From NCBI GenBank assembly GCA_020137815.1, contig CM035353.1, positions 1,240,001 through 1,304,000 of the forward strand: a stretch of DNA of 64,000 bases, read 5' to 3'. Below the pieces are notes generated by a model. It made no database searches. It saw only the letters and a list, made by a program, of their open reading frames with translations, and was not told where the DNA came from. Every line of letters begins with the position of its first letter. Within the stretch, counting starts at the first letter, position 1. The stretch is from Hormiphora californensis (taxonomy: Eukaryota; Animalia; Ctenophora). Positions 54,673-64,000 of this stretch are shown here, piece by piece. The translations under genes were made by a program, and so were the position numbers.

Positions 54673-56619
54673 AATTAAAGAGAAACAACGATTTTGCAGT
54701 ACTAATATTCAATTAAGAACAGGAGCTTTCGACTGATCTATGTCAGACGTCTTCAGCTATAACAATAATGAAAATGAAAGTGTTTATGTAGTGGAGAAGA
54801 GGATATGGGATCCGGGGAGGGGAGGAGAGAGGAAGGGATGAGATCCGAGAAGGAAGATGCGATCCGAGAGGAGGGGATGGGGGAGGTGATCCACGGGAAG
54901 GGAGAAGAGGTGATCCGAGCTGAAGAGAATTAGGAAACAGGTTTGGGAGATCTAGGTTTGATGGAGATGCCAGCAGGACGGGGTTTGAAGGAGTTAGCAA
55001 TCCTGGGGAGAAGGTGAGTCCATTGGAGGTTGACAGTAGGAACTTTATCTGTTCGGTTAATCGCCGGTTGAAGAGTGTGAATAGCCGCTCGCGCTTGTTC
55101 CAGTAGATTTAGACTGAGGCAGGAGGAAGAAGAGGAGAGGATAGAGGTAGAATTCCAGTCCATGGTGTGTCCAGATTCCCGAGCGTGGATAGCAGGAGCC
55201 GATTTCATCTTCCCATCGGTGTTGTAGAGAGAGTTGTTGTAGAAGTTTGATTCGTGCTCCTTAATCCGAGTTTTAACTGGTCGCTTGGTCTGGCCAACGT
55301 AGAAAGATGGGCAGTCGCGGCAGGGAATGGAGTAGATGGAGTTGGGAGTACTATCAGAAGGAGGCGAAGATTTGGTCTGGGTGAGGATGTTCCGTAGGGT
55401 AGAAGAGGAAGAGAAGGTGACGTCTATGTTGTAGCGGTTGAGGGTCCGTTTGAGTCGAGAGGAGAGGTCCGGGTGATAGGGTAGGACTACACGGTGGACG
55501 AAGGAAGAAGGAGGACGGGATTTTGACGGTTTGGGGTGTAGAAGGCGGTCCCGAACAGTAGACATCAGAGTGGAGATCTCGTAGGGAGGAAATCCATTGC
55601 AGAGACAGATGTTGTAGACTGTGTCGAGTTCCTCTTCGAGATGTTGGGGAGAACAGATGTTGTAGGCCCGACGGGTTAAGGATTGGATAACAGAGCGGCG
55701 TGTAGAGGCAGGAGTAGAGGAGTTGTACTTGAGATAGAGGTTGGTATGTGTAGGTTTCCGGTAGACAGAGGTAGAGAGGTCGGGATGGAGAAGGACGTCA
55801 AGATAGGGGAGAAGTCCATCCTTAGGGTGCTCGATGGTGTACTTGAGATCTGGAGCAAGGGAGTTGATGTAGGAGAAGAAAGACTCGGCGTGATTATAAT
55901 CCCTGGCAGCTCCTATGGCGTCATCAACGAAGTGGTTCCAAGATCCCAGTGGGTCGGAGAAGGACTTGAGAGCGTGTTGTTCCTGTTCCGTAACACGAAT
56001 CTCAGCCAGGATAACGGTGAGGGGAGAACCCATCGCTCCTCCGGTACGTTGAGCGTAGAAGTTTCCGTTGAACTCGAAGTAGGCGTTGTCGAGGCAGAAG
56101 TCTAAGAGAGAGCGGATAGTAGAGGGAGTGAGGGGAGTAGGAAGGATATCAGGAGTTTCCTCAAGACGTCTGATAGTGGAGTCCACTGCAGCCCTCATGT
56201 CACAGTTTGTGTACAAGGAGACCACATCCAGAGAGAAGTAGTAGGGAAAAGAGGGAGATTGGCTGGAGCGGAGGCGGTTGACTAGGTCTGTAGAGTCCTT
56301 GAGACGGAGGGAGGAAGCAGCCAAGGGTTTGAGAAGGGAGGATAGGAAGGAGTGGAGAGCAGAGAGAGGGCTGTTGTAGAAGGCGACAATAGGACGGATG
56401 GGGGCTCCAGGTTTGTGGATCTTGGGTTGACCGTACAGTTGAGGATAACGGGGGTTCGTCAGTCTCATCTGTTTCTTCTGCGGCTCAGAGAGTAGCTTCC
56501 GGGTCTGTAGATCCTTCAGGAGAGCATCCAGTCGGCGGTGTAGAGAGGAGGTAGGATTAGACGGTAGCAGCTCGTAGGCTCCAGCAGAGGAGATGTGGTA
56601 GTTCACTTTCTCGAGATAT
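54673..56619 (-). mobile_element. Penelope-like retroelement, 5'-truncated, 13-bp TSD
   Basis: TSD tgcatatgttatt at 54660-54672 and 56620-56632. RT + GIY-YIG ORF and a 3' hammerhead. Confidence 0.93.
54719..54760 (-). ncRNA. Minimal type I hammerhead ribozyme in the PLE 3' terminal region
   Basis: Minus strand: atag-CTGAAGA-cgtctgacatagatcagtc-GAAA-gcTC|ctgt. Stem II ctga/tcag, palindromic AGCT stem III, stem I atag/ctgt. Confidence 0.78.
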
Positions 56620-56624
56620 TGCAT
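54930..56624 (-). CDS. Penelope-like reverse transcriptase + GIY-YIG endonuclease (N-terminally truncated, open frame, 564 aa)
   Basis: RT motifs LYGQPKIHKPGAPIRPIV, FSLDVVSLYTN, GGAMGSPL, HFVDD, LPYLDV, VYRKPTHT. Endonuclease SIYSIPCRDCPSFYVGQT..R..EH. The ATG lies in the TSD, so it is not the native start. Confidence 0.95.
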   Translation of the reverse strand: MQYLEKVNYHISSAGAYELLPSNPTSSLHRRLDALLKDLQTRKLLSEPQKKQMRLTNPRYPQLYGQPKIHKPGAPIRPIVAFYNSPLSALHSFLSSLLKPLAASSLRLKDSTDLVNRLRSSQSPSFPYYFSLDVVSLYTNCDMRAAVDSTIRRLEETPDILPTPLTPSTIRSLLDFCLDNAYFEFNGNFYAQRTGGAMGSPLTVILAEIRVTEQEQHALKSFSDPLGSWNHFVDDAIGAARDYNHAESFFSYINSLAPDLKYTIEHPKDGLLPYLDVLLHPDLSTSVYRKPTHTNLYLKYNSSTPASTRRSVIQSLTRRAYNICSPQHLEEELDTVYNICLCNGFPPYEISTLMSTVRDRLLHPKPSKSRPPSSFVHRVVLPYHPDLSSRLKRTLNRYNIDVTFSSSSTLRNILTQTKSSPPSDSTPNSIYSIPCRDCPSFYVGQTKRPVKTRIKEHESNFYNNSLYNTDGKMKSAPAIHARESGHTMDWNSTSILSSSSSCLSLNLLEQARAAIHTLQPAINRTDKVPTVNLQWTHLLPRIANSFKPRPAGISIKPRSPKPVS

Positions 56625-57473
56625 ATGTTATTGGGGGAAAACAGTCGTCCCTGAACCTGAGGTTCATGCCACGGCTATTAGTTAGATGCATATATTATGT
56701 TTTACCTCATAAATATATGTTTATCAGCTCCCATATTTTATCGGGGAGTTCCACTCGGACTGTATGTCGCTACAGCAGCAGCACATATAATGTCCAAAAT
56801 GTGGCACCCTAGTGCGCTATGCTTCAACAGTTGCAGCTGTGTGTTACATTTAGAAGGCGTGGTCTCCTTACACCTCTTTGCCCGCGTCTAGAATTAGACT
56901 GAAACACACACGCACATGCACTGCGCTATGCTAGTGTCACCTGTAAACGTGCAGGTACCACTACTGTTTAGTAAACATATTTTCACAAAACACACCCTGT
57001 GTAATGCACCCTGTGTAATGCAAATGGCCGAACTTGCTGTATAGTAAACTGTGTTTACTATACTATACTTATACTATTCTGTGTTTACTATATAATAGTA
57101 AACACTGTTTACTATACTATAGTATATACTACTATACTATGTTTACTATACTATATTAATTAAACTGTGTTGTGTGTCTTGTGGAAATACCGCACACCAG
57201 TTTCATTCTTTAGTTATCTTTATCTACTATCAGTTTCCGGGGTGTGGTTTTCCTTTCCTCACTTTCTAGCTTATATATATTATTATTATATATACTGACT
57301 CACCTGTAAGCTACCTATTATGTCACACACATACCCTTCCTAAAATATTTTATTTTCGTCTCGCATGAGAGGTGTCCATTTGTGTTTACCTTTGGTCTCA
57401 CTTCTAGTTTCTGTACTAAAATTTAGATGCTACCTTTCTGTGCTGCATGAAATGTGTGTGGAAGGGAGTGGGA

Positions 57474-57535
<62 letters not shown>

Positions 57536-58813
57536 GAGAGAGATGAGGGCTGTACTTGATAGCAAGCAGGCTCTCTATGAGATACTAAGATCAAAAGAAG
57601 GTCTCATATCGGCTGAAGAGAGATTATGGCTTTGTGAAACTCTCTCACGAGTGGTCTGCAATTGGGCTAATCTTTCAATCAATTTGAATCATATTCCAGT
57701 AACTATATGATATTCTTTTGATTTTAATTTGATTTACCGCCCAATCAGCCCGTGACGCTATACTTCAATAAAGCTATCCCACTTCTTCTTTCTTTCCTCG
57801 CCGTCTTGATTTGTAGTGCAGCACCTGTGACGTTGGTCAGAACATTTTTAGCCGCGTTTTGTACATCCCCTGGCCAGCTTGGAGGGTGCTGTAGTCGAGA
57901 GAGACAGAGAGAGTGTGTACTGGCTGTGTGTTTGTGGCCAGCTTGGAAGAGGAGCTGGTGCCGTCGAGAGAGAGTGGGCAAAGCTGGGATATAGAGAGCT
58001 GTTATATCTAGACAGTGTATATACTGTATAATCATACAAAGGAATTCTCATTATATGCGCATATAATATATCTCTAGACTATATATAATATACCCAGACT
58101 ACTACTTAGAATTAGGTGTGGTTATTATAATACATGCCTTTATTCACCATCTGCTGAGTTCAATTCCCCAGCTTGTGATTTCGATTTTTTATTCGCTCTT
58201 GGGTAACTAGTCCAACTCTCTCCCTAGCTGGGCCCAGCTTATGACTTCTATTTTTTATAAATTCCTAAATATGGTATGCCTCTCGACTTATATTGCATCC
58301 TACTCTCTGAGAGTAATTGAAGCAGCTGCATGCAGTGCAGGTCCTATACGCGTTAGTTTCTCGTCCTATATCACGATGATGTTGCTCTCATCAAATTGTG
58401 GGGGGAAACATCCGTGCCTGAACCTCAGGTTCAAGCCACGGCTATATTACACTGAGATCAAAATGAGAATTGAGAAATGATACCCTAAATTAGGGGTGAA
58501 TAGGGCGGGTATAATTGTATATCTCTACATCTGAAATAGCTAGAAACATGTTTCAAAGAGGAGCTGCGGGCACATTGATGACAGCTTTAACCGACCTGTA
58601 TATGGTATATGTAAAGATGCCGCGATTGCTGATAGTCACGTTAGGAGCTAGAGTTAGGGAGTGGGTGTGAGAGTGAGAGAGCTTGTTTCGAGAGTGAGAG
58701 AGAGATAGTGAGAGAGAGATAGGAGGGTGATGAGAGAGAGGAGAGAGGAGAGAGTGAGAGAGAGAACGAGGGCGAGAGACTGGAGATTGAGATGAGATTG
58801 GAGAGAGGAGAGT

Positions 58814-58854
<41 letters not shown>

Positions 58855-60281
58855 TGCCGGTGTTGAGTTTCTATTACAACAGATCAACTATTATACATGA
58901 GAAGGAGCTGCACTGAGAGAGAGAGGAATGAACTACAAGAGATAGAGAGACGAAATTTCTAAATTTAGGGGTCGAATGATCAAACTCTTTAGTCCCCTAC
59001 ACATGAGACGATCGCAGCTAGGACAGCAGAAGAGACCCGAAATACCACAGCTGTTTCTTTGGGATCAGAGCATTGGCCTGACAGTTTGGGATTGATAGTA
59101 TGGTCACCTGCAGCGAACCCGGGTTACTTAGGCATCTAGCATCTTCCTCGAACAAATTTAGGGAGTTTAATAATTCTAGAGCTTAGAATACACACTTTTT
59201 CGGCAAATTGTTCATTTTTTATATTTCTCTGATCTCTCCTCCATGTTTCATAGCACGTGTGTTTGTTGACAGTGTGTAGCCTTCTATATAGGCACATGTG
59301 TGTACACATGTGTGTACACATGTGTACAACCCGCACCGATCTTTATGTTGAGACTCGAGAGTGCTATGTCTTGAGACTCGTGTTGTACTTGGCTTGATCA
59401 CAAAATATACTGGTGGTTTCTCAATCTATAGCTGTTATAATAGTAGTACGTGGTGTGTTCTTTCTTTAATTATTTTATTATGCTCGCTTCGCGGGTGCGG
59501 CAACCATTTAACTGTCCAAGTTGCTTTAGTATTTATATTGCAGTTGTGGTACCAGGTACTAGCTAATACCACAACTGCTAGCTGTGTCGGGAAACTGCAA
59601 CAACATGTACTGCACAGGTTCTAACTCTTCTTTTTTATTCAAATCTCCTTGTTAATCTGCTGTCTTTTTAGCCACTTTTCAGTCGGTGAGACCGCACTTT
59701 CATATTTTAAATGACCCCATGTTCTTCCGCCGAATTTCACTGATTTATTTCTCCTTATATTCTTCCATGTGCTTCAGCATGGCGTGACGTGCCATTAGTT
59801 ATATTTTCTCTCTCTCCGGTTTTTTGTACATGCGTTTTTCCGGTGAAAGCTAATATATATTGTGTGTATACACACACATATATTAACCGTGTCTGACGTT
59901 CTGTGTCTTTTATTCTTTTATGCTTCTTGGTCTCTTGCGATGCTCACAACACGTGTGTTCATGTTATGGAAGTCAACTGCCACGAACACTAAAACTATCT
60001 TGTTCGGCCTTTGGTGTTTTGTTTTATGTGTTGAATTGAGCAGTGTTTTGACACAACTTTCTATGTAGAATTGTGGTGTGTTTTGACGCAACTTTCATTC
60101 GCACAGTACTGTAAATTCCATGTACTTGGTTGTTCTACATGTAACGTTATTCTGTTAAACTATATATTGGAGCCAACGTATAGCACGTTGTGGTTTCAAG
60201 AGTGCCCATACCGTTTTACCAACAAATTCAGCAGCTCTGACTATATATCCCGCCAGCCGGGATGCTCCCTAGTCTCACAAT

Positions 60282-60390
60282 CAAGAACCGACCGAATCAG
60301 GAAATACTGGTCCCTGATTGGCTGATAACCAGTCACGTGACCTAAATAACGATTTCTGATTGATTGTTTACTTGTTTCGGTCGGTTCCTA
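60282..60390. mobile_element. hAT-type MITE (109 bp), 8-bp TSD
   Basis: CTCACAAT|caagaaccgaccgaa...ttcggtcggttccta|CTCACAAT. Confidence 0.88.
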
Positions 60391-62329
60391 CTCACAATAT
60401 ACATATATGCATGAGTGTATCACCTGCAGGCCTCTCTCTCTACCTTTGGAAATACCACATGCTCCACGATCTCCAATCTAGTGCTGCTGCGATTATATGT
60501 ACCGCATGTGCTTGCCGGGAATAATAACTAGAAAGAGAGAGAGAGAGAGATTGAGGATTGAGGTGCATGGAGAGGACGGAGACTGATGAGAGGAGAGAGA
60601 GAGAGATGAGAGAGAGAGGCAGAGAGCGAGAGAGAGAGAGGATACGAGGAGAGTAGAGACCGAGAGAGAGATGTATAGTAGATGGAGAGAGAGAGGAGCG
60701 AGAGCGAACTGAGAGAGGAGAGAGAGAGAGAGAGAGAAGGAGATGAAGAGACGACCGATGAGAGAGAGAGAGGAGAGAATAATTAATGCTCTTCGTTTTT
60801 CTCCTGACCTACACACTTCGCTCGCTATCTGTACTTTCTTGTTCTTATGTGTGCTTAGAGTTTTCGCGTTTTCCGCCCGTTTGGCGGTGTGGTTTTTTTT
60901 TTTTTAAATAGGACGGAGTTGTTGCCCGAGTTACGCTTGTTCAGTTGGTTCGGTTGGAGGTTGTGTGGTTCTTTGTCGGTGCCCGCTTTGCTGGGCGTGC
61001 AGTTGCTCGGCTAGTTTTATAGTCTGTCCTTAGATTCACCGGTCCTGCACATTATACATGACTCTCTATCTTTCTACCTTTATAATTATACCTGTCTTAG
61101 ATTCTCATGCCAATGATCTGTTACTCCAAGTACAGGGTACGGGCCAGGTTAGTAGTTAACGTGACGACACGTTATTTACTATTAGAACGAATTGACCACG
61201 TTTTCCACTGTGAATTAATTGCAATGGTGGCCAGGCCAGGCTGTCTGGAACTGGGGGAATTGCATTTTACATAACTTGGGCCGTCTCTCTGTCTTCTTCC
61301 TCTTTCCCAAGCTGGCTGGACAACTCCTTGTTGTTCTCCTCTATCCACCATGGTCTCTCTTACCTACTCTCGTCTTCTCTCTCTCTCTATTCTCTATATC
61401 TCTCTCTCTCTCGTCTCTCCGTCTCCTCTGCTCTCTATCTCTCTCTCTCTCTCCCCCTCTCTCTCCCTGTTTCTCTTTCCATCTTCCTCCAAACGACTCT
61501 CTCGTGTTCTACACTCACTTAGTGAATACCTACTACTGTTTTATTCACGCCTTTGCTTCACACTTTTATTTCTCTCCATTTTTGTTTCTCTCTCTCTCTC
61601 TCACTCTCACTCTCTCTCTCACTCACTATCTCTCTGTGTCTTCCCCTCTCTCTCTCTCTATCTCAATCTCTCCCTATTCTGACCAATCTCAAGCTTCCTG
61701 CCTACAAGAACTGTCTTGGCCTTGTGACGATACATACTTTGGAACTCGCCTACATTCCTCCAACAGTTGCATTGCAGCTCTGTGTTTGAACTGTTCATAC
61801 TTTATTTTTATTTTGCGGACCACGGAAACAGTGTCAAGCGACTCTGTGTTTAGTTGAGAGTCTCTTATTATGCCACCAATATTCTAACAAAAAACATGAT
61901 CTGTAACTTGCGATGTAACTGTAGTAGTAGTAGTAGCTTGTAGCTGTAGTAAGTAGTAAATCTTGTAATTGTGGTTGCCTAGTGCAGTCTAGTTCGATTG
62001 TTTTGTTCTACAGTAACAACACACTTATGATATATCATCACTTCATGCGCTCTTCATTGATATTCTTATACTTTCACATGCTTCCCCCAAATTATCCTCT
62101 TTCAAATACATAAGTATAGTTACGACGTGGGTGCCGATGAGTCGTAGTCAAAGATGTTTGTGGACAGTGGATTGTTTTGTAAGGGACCTCTACGGAGCTC
62201 GTCTCGCACCCTCCCTCGTTATTCTCTCACTCCTATTATCTCGAAAGACTTGGTATGCTGCTATGTCGCTGCAAAATTAATCTTTGATTTTATTGGCACT
62301 ATACGTTAGCAGTACACACTATATCAGCA

Positions 62330-62637
62330 TCTCTCTATTAACCCTCTCTGTTAACCCTCTCTATTTACTAGTCATGACTCTCTCTCTCTATTAACCCTCT
62401 CTATTAACCCTCTCTGTTAACCCTCTCTGTTAACCCTCTCTGTTAACCCTTTCTATTTACTAGTTATGACTCTCTCTATTAACCCTCTCTATTAACCCTC
62501 TCTATTAACCCTCTCTCTATTTACTAGTCATGACTCTCTCTACTAACCCTCTCTATTAACTAGTCACATGACTCTCTCTCTGTTAACCCTCTCTGTTAAC
62601 CCTCTCTATTTACTAGTCATGCAGACTCTCTATTAAC
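62330..62637. repeat. 13-bp minisatellite ttaaccctctct(a/g) with a higher-order tttactagtcatgactctc spacer
   Basis: Direct reading. Confidence 0.88.
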
Positions 62638-63729
62638 GATCTGTTATATTTCTCCAGCTGCTTGTTTCACTGATACAGTCTCGACTGATACGTAATAACC
62701 CTATTAGCTACTGCACATGTGTACAGTACAGCTATCAGCTATCTTCTGTTTTCCTGGCTCCACTATAAATTACACTTTTTATATCCGGCCACTTTCTGTC
62801 TTTATTCCGTCTCTCTCTATCTTGTCCACGTTGACGTGAACCAGGCGTGCATGCAGTTGTCTCGACGGGTCACGCCCCCCCCCCCCTCGCTGTAAATTAT
62901 ATAGAACCTGTGGAGCCGTGAAATCAGCTGTCCCAGTTCTTGTGGTACTGAATGTGTGGAGAGAAGAGAGAAGAGAGTGTGTGTGTGTATGTGAGAGAGA
63001 GACAAAGAGAGAGAGAGAGATAGAGACACAGCTATAGAAGAGAGAGAGAGAGAGAGAATGCTATTCACGTTTTTTATATGGAAAGCTCTAAATTAGGGCG
63101 CCCTACTAGCAGCATGTGTTCTATTTGAGGTTCAGTTCAGCCAATTGAGCTACGACGCGGAGATTCCTTATTCTAAATGTGAGAAATTGTCAGTATGACA
63201 TGCTAAAATACTAGTTCTTCACTCGACAATTCACGCATAATTAATATTGTTCCCATTACTATATAAACTATATATAATGGCCTACTTGACAACAGTTTCA
63301 ATAATTCGTGTTCCCAGGGACCCCTTCCAAGTTCCCCGCCCGATTCCTATCCCACACACTGAGATAGTCTTGACCTGTGAAGAGAGAGAGAGAGAGGCGA
63401 AATGAGTTCAATACTGGTACCTATCTGGAGGCTGCAGAGCAATTGAACTAGTCGAGAAACGAGATATTTTGTACATCATAGTCCATACACTCATGCCTCT
63501 ATAATACTTTGCACACAACTATATTTGTCTCAAGTTTGCTAACCATGCATGTTTCTTTGCCTGAATTGTCAATATCTCTTCCCTCTCATACCTATTTCTG
63601 AAGTTTCATACACTTTGCATGATCTGTCAAGATTTCAGTAGCTCCTAAATCTAATAGTAAGTTGATTCCTTTGCGTTGATTGTTGTTTCAATTCCCACTC
63701 CCATGTGCAGGCAATGTTCATCAGCGACC

Positions 63730-64000
63730 ATGTCATCAGCCAAATCGTCCACGGATTCTCCAAAACCTCGATTCACCCGAGGGACCGGGTCTAAAATTAG
63801 GGCTCCCTCCCAATCTAAGATCACCCCTCCCTCCACTGCAAAGGCCCCGCCACTAGGAGTCAGTAAACTTAAAACTGGTGGAGGAGATGTAGCTCCTGCC
63901 AGCACCACCGGGGGGCTGTCTCGGAGTAACCCACTGAGAAAGAATGAGAGTGTGAGGGCAGGACTAAAAGGACCACCCAGTTCTATTAAGAAGTCCACCA
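63730..64000 (+). CDS. Ser/Pro/Lys-rich coding exon running off the window end (MSSAKSSTDSPKPRFTRG...GPPSSIKKST)
   Basis: 90 stop-free codons to the window end. gcgaccATG context, with a candidate acceptor tgcag| at 63710. Not in the ORF track because it has no stop codon. Confidence 0.6.
   Translation, partial: MSSAKSSTDSPKPRFTRGTGSKIRAPSQSKITPPSTAKAPPLGVSKLKTGGGDVAPASTTGGLSRSNPLRKNESVRAGLKGPPSSIKKST

Noticed and set aside
55683-56105. Plus-strand 140-aa ORF
   Set aside because: Antisense to the Penelope RT.
62330-62637. TAACCC-containing array as an interstitial telomere
   Set aside because: The unit is 13 bp with CT padding, not tandem TTAGGG.
63651-63998. Minus-strand 115-aa ORF
   Set aside because: Probably the antisense shadow of the plus-strand open frame starting at 63730.

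Overview
Repeat-dense eukaryotic (animal) genomic DNA with spliceosomal introns. One 109-bp hAT-type MITE resembles, from memory, an abundant Pleurobrachia (ctenophore) repeat, so a ctenophore origin is a tentative inference. Genes: (1) two tandem minus-strand paralogs of a secreted C-type lectin-domain gene, 12928-11250 intact and 17927-16396 frameshifted in exon 1; (2) a frameshifted, intronless small secreted protein with three W-x-(D/E)-N-Y-(L/F)-C repeats (2264-2685); (3) scattered plus-strand Ser/Pro-rich exons of an unidentified large gene (31.2, 39.6, 47.8, 63.7 kb). Much of the rest is non-autonomous DNA transposons of many superfamilies, recognisable by TIR and TSD signatures and often nested, plus microsatellites. 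The most notable signal is a set of ribozyme-bearing retroelements. A 5'-truncated Penelope-like element (RT + GIY-YIG, 13-bp TSD) has a minimal hammerhead at its 3' end. A separate 282-bp ORF-less insertion carries two divergent hammerheads in a perfect 108-bp inverted repeat, and its empty site survives in the paralogous segment. A 1.3-kb retro-insertion begins exactly at an HDV-ribozyme-like P1 helix. All superfamily and domain names come from motif recognition, not database searches.
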